The notes under the pieces: model-generated | Databases searched by the model: none | What the model was told of the DNA's origin: nothing | What the model saw: the letters and a program-made list of their open reading frames with translations, nothing else | Position numbers and translations under genes: made by a program | Shown here: positions 46,301 to 60,240 of the stretch, one piece after another | Numbering within the stretch: the first letter of the stretch is position 1 | How the letters are laid out: the number at the start of each line of letters is the position of its first letter | Source of the DNA: Octopus sinensis | Lineage: Eukaryota | Direction of reading: 5' to 3' | NCBI RefSeq assembly: GCF_006345805.1 | Contig: NC_042997.1 | Location: 84,444,001 to 84,508,000 of the forward strand | DNA length: 64,000 nucleotides

Positions 46301-49300
46301 ACAGACTGAAACGTTTAGTATTTATTTTCTTGTACTCCATCGATTCAACCACCTGCACTCTTATTATAGATCTATGTTTCTAAGTGAAATAAAATGACTA
46401 TAACGATTGCTAGTTGTACACATTATACTTCATTTGCTCGCTAATACCCTGGACAGAAAAAAAAAGGAAAAGAAAACCATGTATAAAACACAATCCAATT
46501 TCCACACTTCCCCAATAAATGTAAGGCGTTGTCGTGATGTAATAAATCAATACTTTACTTATTGTTACCATTTGGTCTGAAGAATCAATAAAACGATATT
46601 GAGTTGTATTTCGAAACCAAAACAGCGATACATTGATCTGTTTTCAATATAGTGTCCATTCAGAATAGTGGGGGAGTTTGACCGAAGTAACAGAACACGA
46701 GAGACTATATGCATTACAGCACTTGGCTTCGTCTGTTTGAGTTCAAAGTTCAAATCCTGATAGAATCGACTTCGTCTTTCATCCCTCAAATGCTCAATAA
46801 AATAAGTAATAATCGATCGTGCATATTTTTGACAACCCAAAACCATGTGTATAGTCTAAAGAAATCAATAGTGTGACAGAGAGTAAAGGGTGTTGTGGGC
46901 GATTGAAGCCTAGCGTCCGGTGTCAATGCCTAGTTATTACTTACCCCGTGTTATTAATTCACATCAAGATATATAGAAATCATAAAATGTAGTCGAGTGA
47001 ACCCTTGTCAGAAATATTCAGCCAATACAATGTTATACAAGGGTCAGTGAATGGCCATAATCATATGAGCGATAGTCTTGCAGTTCTAGGTTCAAACCTC
47101 ATTCGGTTGACTTTACATCGCTCCGGATACGTATTAGTTATTATTGTTTTTTAACACCAGGTCTGGTCTTGTCTGGTATAGTCGAATAAATCTATGTTTA
47201 TAGTCTTTCTAGTCATGACCTTCCTGTTTTTGTAGATATTTTACCTCAAATTGCATAAACCATAATATGTTTTCGCATTTTTAGGAATGTGCTTTGAAAT
47301 AAAAAAAGGCTGCTATTTCTAACAGGCTGAATGACCATGTCGACTTTCTCTTTGGCTAGAATAAATATTAGTAAAGTACTACGATTAAGTAAGTCAGTTA
47401 TGCTCATCCACAATAAAATGAGCTTTGTACCACTTTGTGAAGAGACTGATATTATGTCATATAGACAGTGCAGTATTTCAAAGTGGGCAGTAGTAATAAT
47501 GGGGAAAATAGCGTTGTAGTTGTGATATTTGATAACTTAAGGACACAGCAAATTGTCAGGTTGGTCAGAGCGTTGGTACTTGAAGAAATTTTTCCAGTTG
47601 CTTGCGCTCCAAATTTGAATCCTACTGCGGCTAGCTGTAAGATTCACTCGTACAGGGTAGGTCATTATAGTACTGGCCAATTGCCGGAATCGATTCCTGC
47701 CCTCGTTTCCCTCTCTTCTCAAAATGATGATTGACGATAGAATGCTGCTGAATAAAAAATACTCAAAGATATTGGCAGATCAGTTTTGTATTCCCCCATA
47801 AGAATTCCATGACAATCACAGGCTGTTTGTCAAAGACGTCACCAGGGTTGAATTAGAGTTCTCTCATTAAGTATGAATTGCAGTAACATTCCTTGATCGA
47901 TTGTTTCTCTTTTATATATTAATATTGGGTCTTAGAAAGAAATTAATATTACAGTGGTGCAAGTTAAGCAAACTTTAATTTTCATCTGATGGTTTCCTTC
48001 TGTCATTGAATTAATATAGACGTCTAATGATTACTTTTCAATAAATGGAGGACTTCATAAAGTGAAAATCATTTCTCTTAAATTATTATTGAAAGTAATT
48101 TAGAAATTACTATGGTCTGCCTTCATTCGCAAAGATGCATATATTCGTGATTTCTTAAGTTAGCAGACGATAAGTCACACAGTTGTTAGAGTCGTCTAAA
48201 TCTTTACCAGGACATGACTGGTGTTTATATTATTGATCCAAGAAGTAGGGAAGTAAAGAGGATTTCAACCGAGGACATAGAAACACCCCCTCACACACAT
48301 ATACTGTTAGAAATTGAGACCAACATTCCGTCGTTACTACTTTTTAATTAATGGGTGGGGGGAAAGAGAGGCATCAATACTAATTCTTTCTACTGGAGAG
48401 GCATCAATAATAATGATCCGTTGTCGAAGTTAATGAACTTTCGAACGGGTTTCTAGTGAATTAAGTAAACTGAACGCCAATGGCCAGAGTTGGTGGTCAG
48501 TCTCCGTTTAGCCAAAATTCGGTCAAACCTGTCTTCCAAAAGCGGGAAGATATATCGAAAAAAGAAGCCCTAGATATACAAAACAGAAAACAGCAACAAA
48601 ACAAAATAACATGACGATATCAAGAATACCTTGAATCATACGCCTGCTATTTCAGAAATAACTCGGAGTTAAACAATAACAAGAAACAAGAAAAATTGCA
48701 GGAGAAATCAACAGAAATTCATTATCGGATGTTCTGTGATGTACGGTGTTGAAATATCTTCAAAGAGGAATCGAAATCGGGGCGCAGACTCAGCTCCCTG
48801 GAATCTTATTTTCTTTTCTGTAACACATACAATAACAACAACCCTAAGTGAACGATAACAGCAGCCAGTAGCCAGTAGCAGCAGCAGCAGTAGTAATAAC
48901 AGGACCATCTATTTGAACAATTTACCCCAGTAAAATTAATACCATTACATATTTGTAATATCTTCAACGTACACCTTACTGCTCTTACATACACCTACGG
49001 CAATATGTCCAGCCTTAGCAACTTCACTGCTACCTACATCATCAGTGTAGTTCTTCCACTACCACCACCAACGACAATAAATAGTTTCACCACTAATACC
49101 AACACTAACGCCAACACCACCGACGACGATAATAGTAATATCTGCTTCTACATCTGCAGCACTTCCACTGAAACACAAAAGCAATGACCAGAAGATATTA
49201 ATAATAAACATCTACATTCACACAACGCTGACACAATGTCACAAGTAAATGAGAATCCTGTTTAATTTTCGCCGTTAGTAAATAACATCCCTTAACCCAG

Positions 49301-50399
49301 TTGAAGCTATCGTCTGGCCATCTTTTGTTTTCTAAATTAGCTCTCGAGAATTCCTAGACGATGCTTTATTAGACACGAGCTAACTTGTGTAACATTGTGT
49401 GAAATACATGTATCGTTTTAATTAACGATCGGACTGACAATAGAACATGGGCCGGATATAGTAACCTGCAGCGGAGCAAATCACCGTTAGTTTCTCACTA
49501 TTAAACTTAGTTTTGGTTGAAGCCCTCAAACCAAACATGTTCACACGACATGGTAATTCATGTTGCTTGCAGGCGCCATTTTAATATAAAGTGTTCTGTT
49601 GTATACTTTGTTATCGCGATAGATATAAATACATTCATGAAATACGCAAAGGATTCATTCATTGTAGAGAATGAAAATGTACTTATAGTGAAAGGCTAGC
49701 TTCTCCTATTATCATATAAATTAATAAATCAATGTTTTCGTCAAAGAAAACCTGTAAATTGGTGCTTTCGAACGGAAATACGTTGTATGATTCTGATAGT
49801 TGTATCTGACTTGAAAAGATGACCCCTTGTTATTTTTACAATCGTAAATTCTGTACCCAGTGAATGACCCCTTGGAAAACTGTAACCGACGAGAGTATAT
49901 TTACATACACATATATGCATTTACACATCTGTATATCTACATATACACATGTATATATGTATTGATTTATATATATATATTATATGTATGTATGTATGTA
50001 CGTATGTATATATGTAAGTGTCTGTATGTTTATATATACACACACACATATACATAATGAATGAGATAGTCCAGCAAATGTCATAAAATATCGTAAGGAA
50101 TACGCAATATTTAAGAATAGAGTTAAGTTTTTCAATAAGAAAATCACTCAAAACATCTTACTCTAACTTTCAGATAAACTCTAGAGATACTACGTATAGA
50201 ATTGAATCAAATCTATACTAACACCGAGCTTAAAATTGTCCAACATATCTCAAAACCTGATCTCGATAACTCCACGTTATACATATATAGAAACATACAC
50301 GCACACACACATATAAGTACATACAGAGCATGTGTATGTACGTACGCATGTATGCCAAAACATACGTTTATATATGTGTACATGTGATATTGTATAATA

Positions 50400-50618
50400 T
50401 AATCCTTTCTATTATAGGCACAAGGCCTGAAATCTTGGAGGAGGATGCCAGTCGATTAGATCGACCCCAGTACGCAACTGGTACTTAATCTATCGACCCC
50501 GAAAGGATGAAAGGCAAAGTCGATCTCGGTGGAATTTGAACTCAGAACATAAGGACAGACAAAATGCCGCAAAGCATTTAGACCAGCGTGCTAATGATTC
50601 TGCTAGCTTGCTGCCTTA
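50400..50618 (-). mobile_element. SINE family A with 13-bp TSD
   Basis: ATATTGTATAATA at 50387-50399 and 50619-50631; full core tcgaccccgaaaggatgaaaggcaaagtcga. Confidence 0.9.
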
Positions 50619-50659
50619 ATATTGTATAATACAGTATGATATTATATATATATATATAT

Positions 50660-50787
50660 ATATTATAGGCACAAGGCCTGAAATATTGGAGGAGGATGCC
50701 AATCGATTAGATCGACCCCATTACGCAACTGGTACTTAATCTATCGGCCCCGAAAGGATGAAAGGCAAAGTCGATCTCGGTGGAATT
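50660..50787 (-). mobile_element. Near-identical partial duplicate of the 50400 SINE between (AT)n tracts
   Basis: ttataggcacaaggcctgaaat..ggtggaatttga is repeated and cut off at (AT)n. Confidence 0.85.
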
Positions 50788-51940
<1,153 letters not shown>

Positions 51941-51945
51941 TATAG

Positions 51946-52344
51946 TCGTAGCAGTGGCTGTGTGGTAAGTAGCTTGCTTACCAACCACATGGTTCCGGGT
52001 TCAGTCTCACTGCGTGGCACCTTGGGCAAGTGTCTTCTACTATAGCCTCGGGCCGAGCAAAGCTTTGTGAGTGGATTTGGTAGACGGAAACTGAAAGAAG
52101 CCCGTCGTATATATGTATATATTTGCGTGTGTTTGTGTGTCTGTGTTTGTCCCCCTCCCCAACATCGCTTGACAACCGATGCTGGTGTGTTTACGTCCCC
52201 GTAACTTAGCGGTTCGACAAAAGAGACCGATAGAGTAAGTACTAGGCTTACAAAGAATAAGTGCTGAGGTCGATTTGCTCGACTAAAGGCGGTACTCCAG
52301 CATGGCCACAGTCACATGACTGAAACAAGTTAAAGAGTAAAAGA
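51946..52344 (+). mobile_element. SINE family B, full length, head-to-tail with the previous copy
   Basis: Same structure; followed by (AT)n. Confidence 0.9.
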
Positions 52345-52381
<37 letters not shown>

Positions 52382-52599
52382 TATGTAGTATGTGTACATG
52401 AGTGACGGGTAAAATGTCTTGTAGTATTCGATTCGCTACTTCAGTATATTTCCACAGATATGTGTCTATGTGTGTATGTGTGTAGCTGAACCCTTTAATT
52501 TTACATTTCAGACTGAAAGTATTTGTCTTCTTCACTTGACTTTTAGAAACATTTGAAGTTCATTAATGCTTTCAAATATATCTGATAAACAACATTATT

Positions 52600-53720
52600 T
52601 GTGAAGTCAGACGAATCACAATGAAAGATGTTTACAAAGTTTTATTTTAACGTTTAAAAAGAATCAACATTTCTTCATATTATTTTAATGCTTAATAGTC
52701 TTCTCAGAGCTGAGCCCTTTAACAGCAATCGTACTTTTGTATGCAATAAATATCTACTGAATACAGATCTACTTTGCCATAGAATAACGAACAGGCGGCT
52801 TTTCAATACATTACTTCTAATGAAGTTGATCAATTTTATTAGGTATCTTGTATTAGGTCTGAAGACATTTTGCCTTGTAATGCCTGACGATAGGTCGCGC
52901 AGATGTGAATGCATTAAAGTGCATTGCTTGCGGTACAGACCATGACTGCTACATCATTATTAGAGATACCAACATTTCTTTCTTTCCAGAACTACCTCCT
53001 TTAGAAATTGGTTCACTTTGTAGAAAACAACAGAACCTATTTGATGTCCCTCTATTGAGAAGCAAATCATTGTGTTAGTCTACACCCTGTTTTCATACAA
53101 ATAGTTCTGACAGATCACAATAGATGAGCTGCATTGGTATTGTGGGCGGGTTGATCGGTCGATTCGGTTAGATGAATCGCAAATTTAGCACTTCGTTTAA
53201 CCCTTTCAATGAGTTGTACAAGTATGTCGTCGATAATTTTGTACTTATTTTATACACTGCAGCAGTTGGCACCAAATTTTATTTCTTATTTTCTTTACAT
53301 AGGTCCATTCGTGAATATCTTTTGTGATTTTATCTGCCGCAAGCAACTCCAGTCCTTCAACATTAGTGTGTGATTTCTTAATTTTTGTATTTAAGTATGA
53401 AGTTTCACATGATGTTCATAGTATTGTTAAAATAAGGTTTTTTGCACTTTCAAAAATTTCAGTAATTTCCCAAAATGTGGCAAGGATTTGCCTGCGAAGG
53501 GAGAATGTCTAATATGAAGATGTCCTTTCAGTTTAGCGGGTTTCACACTTTAATTCGCCAAATATTCATTACAAATCAATCAAACAGGACGGTGCACTTA
53601 TTGGTCAAAAGTAAATCCGTATTACGAAAAAAATTGTTGTATTTCCGCTTTTCAACAATTTTCATTCACATTCCTCCTCGAGTTAATGTATCCAGATTTT
53701 GTAAAAATTATTACTTCAGC
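52600..53720 (-). pseudogene. hAT transposase relic (Buster/Charlie-type)
   Basis: Minus KRKYN..YGFTF..LICNEYLAN*SVKPAKLKGHLHIRH (BED finger), YRQAL, IKLINFIRSNVLKSRLF, LLHTKVRLLLKGSALRR (cf. LLLHTEVRWLSKGK.L.R). Confidence 0.85.
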
Positions 53721-54232
53721 ATTGTTTCCTGGCGTGATGTTTGACAAAGTTAACCTTTTATCTATGAGGAGGAATTTTCAATTCTATGTAATGAAAGTTA
53801 ACAAATATTTTGAAAATAACTAAAAAAAATTGAAACAATAACTGAGGAAATTTGTGGAGAATTAATTTGTATTTATTCATTAATATTTATAAATGTATAA
53901 ATTGTGTGATAAATTCAAAATTAAAGCATTTAAAACATTAATTTTATATTTATTGATTTAAGTTTATGTGATGTAAGTTACTCTGGAAAGTGGAAAAAAC
54001 AGGTGAGTATTTTTATGAGTATATATTTCTGGCATATCACAAATATCTCAATACAGCCCACTGTCTTTTATTATTATCTCTGCTAATGTTATAATATATT
54101 TCCAGATTAAGAGTTTTCACATACATATTGGTGCAGAAATGTTGTTAATATGCATATCTGGAGGGTTTCTTTTAGCTGTGCACATAGCATAAAAGCAATT
54201 TTAGTAAATTGGTTCATCCCTAGCACAGAAGC

Positions 54233-54505
54233 CGGTTAGTCATTCCAGAGGTAACATCAGATGTTACTGAACGGTCAATTCAATGTAATACTCCGCGTTT
54301 ATGCGGGGTGACGAATGTACAAAAATTTGTGGGAACAAAAGAAGGCCTCCTTCAAGACCAGATTTATTACAAGCCCTTCTTTGAAATTCAGGAGAAACCA
54401 GGCAGCGAGCTGGCAGAACTGTTAGCATCCTGTGAAAAATGCTTACCGGCATTTCGTTCGTCTTCTCGATCTGAGTTCAAATTCCGCCGGGGTCGACTCT
54501 TCTTT
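54233..54505 (+). repeat. Left arm of an inverted duplication (unique flank plus SINE A head; this SINE continues to about 54610)
   Basis: High similarity to the reverse complement of 56215-56512. Confidence 0.9.
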
Positions 54506-54825
54506 CGGGATCATTAAAGTAAGTACCAGTTGATTACTGGTGTCGATGAAATTGACTTAACCCCTCCCCCGAAACTGCTGGCCTTGTGCCAAAAATTGAA
54601 ATTAATATTCAGGGGAAACGTAACGTAACCACGTTGCCAGACAGAAGCAAATCAGCTTCAAATCTGGAGATGCATATTGTATTTGCATAAAGATAATGTA
54701 TATACCATTTGTATACAGCATATATAATATACGGACTTTAAAAAGCAAGGCAGAGTTTATACATTAAATATATATCCACGGTGTACTATCTTCTAACATT
54801 TCTTATACATTACTGCGTAATATTA

Positions 54826-55045
54826 AGGCGGCGAGCTGGCAGAAACGTTAGCACGCCGGACGAAATGCTTAGCAGTATTTCGTCTATCTTTATGTTCTGA
54901 GTTCAAATTCTGCCGAGGACAACTTCGCCTTTCCTCCTTTCGGGGTCGATGAATTGAGTACCATTTGCGTACTGGAGTCGATTTAATCGACTGCCCCCCA
55001 CCTCACCAAAAATTTTGGGCCTTGTGCCTAGAGTAGAAAAGATTA
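54826..55045 (+). mobile_element. SINE family A
   Basis: aaggcggcgagctggcagaaacgttagcacgccggacgaaatgcttagc..cctttcggggtcgatg..gtgcctagagtagaaaag. Confidence 0.9.
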
Positions 55046-55250
55046 CTTTATAATATTATATATACTGTATGCAAATAATTCAATCGATTTCAAATCAACA
55101 CTTCGTTAGTCCCTGTTAAATAATGTTTAAATGTTTAAGTGACGTCAAGTACTATTTATGCAATACCTACATGACACATTTCATGAATATTATTATGGTA
55201 GGTAAATGACATTGCTTGAGATTAATTACTTAAATTTGAAAAAAAAAATC

Positions 55251-56100
55251 TACGAGGTGCATTCCAGAAGTTTTTAGACTTTTTTAGGAGTGGCAGTTAT
55301 AATTGTCCTAAATTGTTGTAACTTTTGTTGTATCATTATTATACACCTAATAATCCGACTCGTCAACATCTGTTATTGCAGATTGAAGAAAACAGCTGTA
55401 ACAACACTTTGAATACACGCTACTAAACACTGTTTATCACAGCCGACTAGTTTGCAGAATGCAGTCGGAATGTTTGGAAGCTCTGTATGTAGAAAGGTTT
55501 TGTGTTAAACTGGGCAAAAACGCTACAGAAACTTATGAAATGTTCTAGATTGCTTATGGATTAACTTTGTCGCTGGCACAAGAGGTTCAAGGTCAGTAGA
55601 GAGAAGGTGAGGGACAAGGAAAGGTGAACGACAATGAAAGGAGTGGTAAGGGAAAAAAAAACGTCAGAACATCAGAGTTCGTTGAGAAAGCTCCCAATTT
55701 TCTAGATGAAGATCATCGGTTGTCTATAAAGACCATTGACATTCAGGTTGGAGCTGGTGTACACAAAATTATTTATGTAAGTCTGAACCTGCGCCAAATT
55801 TGTACAAAGTTTGTTCCCAGGCTGCTCAGTGACAAACATCCTTGTAACCAACTACTTGACAGACATGGGCATCAAAACTGTCCCTCACCCTCCCTACAGA
55901 CTAGGTCTTGCTCTCTGTGATTTTGGTTGTTTTCCAAACTGAAGATGAACCTCGGGGGTAGTCGTTCCGAAAATGTAGGCGGCTGTGACAAAGGTCATGT
56001 TTCCAATCACTTTCGAGGACTTTCATGGGGCTTTCACGAAGTGGTTAGAGTGGTACAACAAGTGCATTTGAAGGAGATTAAATTGTTGTACTTCTTAGAA
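55251..56100 (+). pseudogene. mariner transposon relic (internally deleted)
   Basis: TACGAGGTGCATTCCAGAAG terminus; FCVKLGKNATETYEMF*IAYG; QICTKFVPRLL (cf. WVP); PSLQT..LALCDFWLFSKLK (cf. PPYSPDLAPCDFWLFPKLK); WYNKCI..GD. Confidence 0.8.
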
Positions 56101-56214
56101 ATTAAACGTCTCTCTTGAAAAAGTAACATAACCCTGTAAACGTGTGCGTAATTGAAAGTTGCAAGTGTTGGTTTGGATTGAACGCATATAATGGCATGAG
56201 AAACGGATAAAAGG

Positions 56215-56512
56215 CAGAGTCGACCCCGGCGGAATTTGAACTCGGATCGAGAAAACGAACAAAATGCCGCTAAGCATTTTTCACAGGATGCTAACAGTTC
56301 TGTTTGCTCGCCGCCTAGGTTCTCCTGAATATCAAAGAAGAACTTATAATAAATCTGGTCTTGAAGGAGGCCTTCTTTTGTGTCCACAAATTTTTGTACA
56401 TCGTCACCCGTACTGTTATCTTTTGAGACTACCCCTGTCGTATAAACGCGGGGTATTACATTGAATTGACCGTTCAGTAACATCTGATGTTACCTCTGGA
56501 ACGAGTAACCAG
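56215..56512 (-). repeat. Right arm of the inverted duplication
   Basis: Shares gaactgttagcatcctgtgaaaaatgc and tctcgatc with the left arm; other SINE A copies lack these variants. The flank has an extra block of about 30 bp. Confidence 0.9.
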
Positions 56513-56929
56513 AGAAAAATTTCCATCCACTGAACCAAAAACGGCAGTTGTATATTAGTCTTATACAGTGATTATAGCTCTTGGCATACATTTTAAATTG
56601 AAGTTCTGGAGGTTGTCTCATATACGTGGTCCAATTATACCTCTAATATGATACGGAATTTCTCTTTCTCTGTTTGTCTCTGTCTGTATGTGTGTCTGTC
56701 TTGCTCTCTCTCTCTCTCCACATACACACACACGCACACACATATTGTTATATACAATGTTATATAGGTCTCTCGATGTTTTGTGTTTCTGTGTATAATT
56801 CATAAACTAATTAGCTAATACATGCGTGTACACTCCCCCACACACAAGCATACAATCACATATATAAACGTGTTAGTACGTTCAAGCATTCCTTATTATG
56901 TCATCTATATGCTTTTAAGTGTATATACA

Positions 56930-56951
56930 TTTATATACACACGCATGTATG

Positions 56952-56988
<37 letters not shown>

Positions 56989-57056
56989 GTATGTATGTGT
57001 ATATATATATATCTGTATGTATGTATTATATATATATATATATGTATATATATATG

Positions 57057-57087
<31 letters not shown>

Positions 57088-57135
57088 GTATATTATATAT
57101 ATATATGTATATATATATGTATATATATATGTATA

Positions 57136-57172
<37 letters not shown>

Positions 57173-57231
57173 GTATATATATATATACATATATAAATAG
57201 ATACACATATACATACTTGTGCGTGTGTATG

Positions 57232-57281
<50 letters not shown>

Positions 57282-57771
57282 TACAAATACATACCTACTT
57301 ATGCGCCTGTGTGTTTGTGTATTTCTGTATATGTCTGTGTGCAAAGTAATATATTAATATATTTGCATACATCTATATCTGTGCGTGTCAGTCTGCCTGT
57401 GTGTATAATTAATAAAGTAATTAGCTAATACACACGTGCGCAAATATCTGTATATGTTTAGAGGTGTAAGTTTAATGCGTTGTACAGTGCCCACAATACA
57501 CTCAGCAAGTGTGGTGTAACTTTTCAGCTAACAGCACGACGCTCATTATAGATTTGGCTGGGAATAGAATCTGCTAAGTAATGAATTAGCCGGAAGGAGG
57601 ATAGTGAGGTGTGGGCGATTTTCAATCAATATTATGTCGATATTGGGGTGTTATTGTTTTTGTTATGTATATTGTATTCTAGGGTGTTATTAATTTAGAT
57701 GAACCGTGTACCCTACATATCCAATATTATAACACACTCTATACAAATTCCCGCTGCGAGTGTAGGCGTGA

Positions 57772-57821
<50 letters not shown>

Positions 57822-57997
57822 AAACACACACACACACACACACACGCACATACACACATACCTTTACATACATATATACATATGTGTGCATATATATATA
57901 TATATACGCACACTCACACATATTGACATTTATATACACATGTATATATATATATTATATATATATATATGTATATTTATATGTATGTATATATATA

Positions 57998-58062
<65 letters not shown>

Positions 58063-58128
58063 TTATATATATATATATATATATACAGAGAGAGAGAGAG
58101 AGGAGGAGAGAGACGTATATACATACAT

Positions 58129-58190
<62 letters not shown>

Positions 58191-58489
58191 TATATATAAA
58201 TATACATACATACATATATAACATATATATACATTAGTGCAGATGTGACACTGAAAGGTACACTCATATATATATGGCATACATAGACATATGCATAATA
58301 ATATGTTTGCCGGCATGCATTTTATTTGTACATGGCGGCGCATATAGATGCGCACACACCCAGAGAGACATCCATCCATCTAGACACATGTATATATAAG
58401 TATGTACTCACACAAACAGACGCGCACATATATATATATATATGCATGTATATGTATATATATATGTATATAGTTGTGTCGTTGTATAC

Positions 58490-58554
<65 letters not shown>

Positions 58555-58640
58555 CATACATATATGCAAGCACACACACACACGTATGGATACGTACTGA
58601 CATACTCACACACATACACATTCACATATATATGACTGGC
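56930..58640. repeat. Large compound (AT)/(AC)/(AG) microsatellite field
   Basis: Direct reading. Confidence 0.9.
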
Positions 58641-58849
58641 GCATAGTGATATTGCAAATTATTTATCGATCTTCCTTAACTCTGCTATCATTATCTTGGT
58701 GATTGTTGCTTGGCTAAATATTGCAAACGGTGGGGGAACAAATAAAGCAAAATAATTAATTTTCATAATTCATTTGTTTCTGGCTATCTCTAGTCAAGCA
58801 ATTCAATAATAGTGACTTGATACAGCGAGGAGATATATGGAGCGAGCGA

Positions 58850-58898
58850 GTGAGCGAGAGAGATGGAGAAGGAGAGAGAGAGAGAAAGAGAAAGTGAC

Positions 58899-58939
<41 letters not shown>

Positions 58940-59000
58940 ATGATGTGAAGGAGTAGGGACAAATTGAAGGGGAGAGAGAAGCGAGAGAGAAATAGAATGA
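58850..59000. repeat. (AG)n-rich tract
   Basis: Direct reading. Confidence 0.9.
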
Positions 59001-59499
59001 TAGAGAACTATTACAGAAATGGGGGAGCAATCCATGAGAGATTGATTCGTGTACAGAGTGTTAGGGCTGTATTTATTCGTTGTAATAATAAACCAGAAGC
59101 AGAGCTACAGCCCAAAGGGATGTAAGCTGAGTTACGTAAGTCATAACGATATAATACGTCAGAGAGTGTTGTTTTTTTTTTTGCTTGTTCGAAATATGCG
59201 TACATAAATATAGTGTGGAAATACGTCATATACATGTGTACAACAATTTGTCCTGTGTTCAGTGTCATTACTATTATTGTTGCCTTTAATATCGTTATTG
59301 TTACTGTTAGTATAGTTGTTATCGTTGTTGTTTGCTAATATTAGGAATGTAATATATTCAAGAAGTATAGAAGTAAAAATATAATCCTATTAGATAATGC
59401 TCCAAGTAATTTATCTGTAAAAATAAACAGAAGAGAGATAACTATTCCTTTGCTTACAGCCTCAGACCATAACTGGCAGATTTATTTATTTAATCTGAT

Positions 59500-59915
59500 A
59501 TTTGTTTAAGTCATTGGACAGTTGCCATGCTGGGGCACCACCTTGAAGGGTTTACAGTGCTTAATTTTTTTAAAGTTTGATGCTTATTCGATCGGTCTCT
59601 CTTGCCGAACTACTTGGTTACAGAGAGGAAAACAGACAAATACGGTTGCCAAGCGGTGGTGAGAGACTAACTCAAAAAGAAAGACACACACGCACGTACG
59701 CACACACGCACACGAATGCGCGCACAAAAATATACACGCACACACACGCACACACACACACACGATAGGTTTTTTTCCATTTCCGTCTACTAAATTGACT
59801 TACAAGGCTTTGGTGGACCCGGAGCTATAATAAATAGGAGGTTCTTAACCAAGATGACACGTAGTGGGACTGAACCCAGAACCATGCGGTTGGGAAGCAA
59901 GCTTCTTACCACCCA
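59500..59915 (-). mobile_element. SINE family B
   Basis: tttgtttaagtcattggacagttgccatgctgg..gatcggtctctcttgccgaac..tttccgtctactaaat..acaaggctttgg..gggactgaacccagaaccatgcggttgggaagcaagc. Confidence 0.8.
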
Positions 59916-60049
59916 ACAACACCAAATTTTGTTTTGTATTCTGATGTGAGAGTATTGGATTCCGGGTGTATGAAAACCGAACTCTGTACTTATAAAACAT
60001 CTGTGGACTCTCATGTGACTTTTTAGCCATATATATACATATATATGCA

Positions 60050-60240
60050 GGGGTGGGGGATCGGTGTTTGTCTTAACGCGATCGCTTGACGACTGGTGTT
60101 AGTGTCTTTACGTCCCCACAATGTAGAGGTTCTGCAAAAGAAACCGAGAGAATAAAAAATGTGCTAGGGTCGATTTATTCAACTAAAACCTTCAAGGCTG
60201 CATCGCAGTCCAATGACTGAAACTAGTAAAACATGAAAGA
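60050..60240 (+). mobile_element. SINE family B, 3' half
   Basis: cgcttgacgactggtgttagtgtctttacgtcccc..gcaaaagaaaccgagag..gggtcgatttattcaactaa..atgactgaaactagtaaaa. Confidence 0.7.

Noticed and set aside
47468-49187. Short ORFs (47468-47734, 48708-48908, 49005-49187) as host exons
   Set aside because: Low complexity or unrecognisable, with no consistent splice-site pairs
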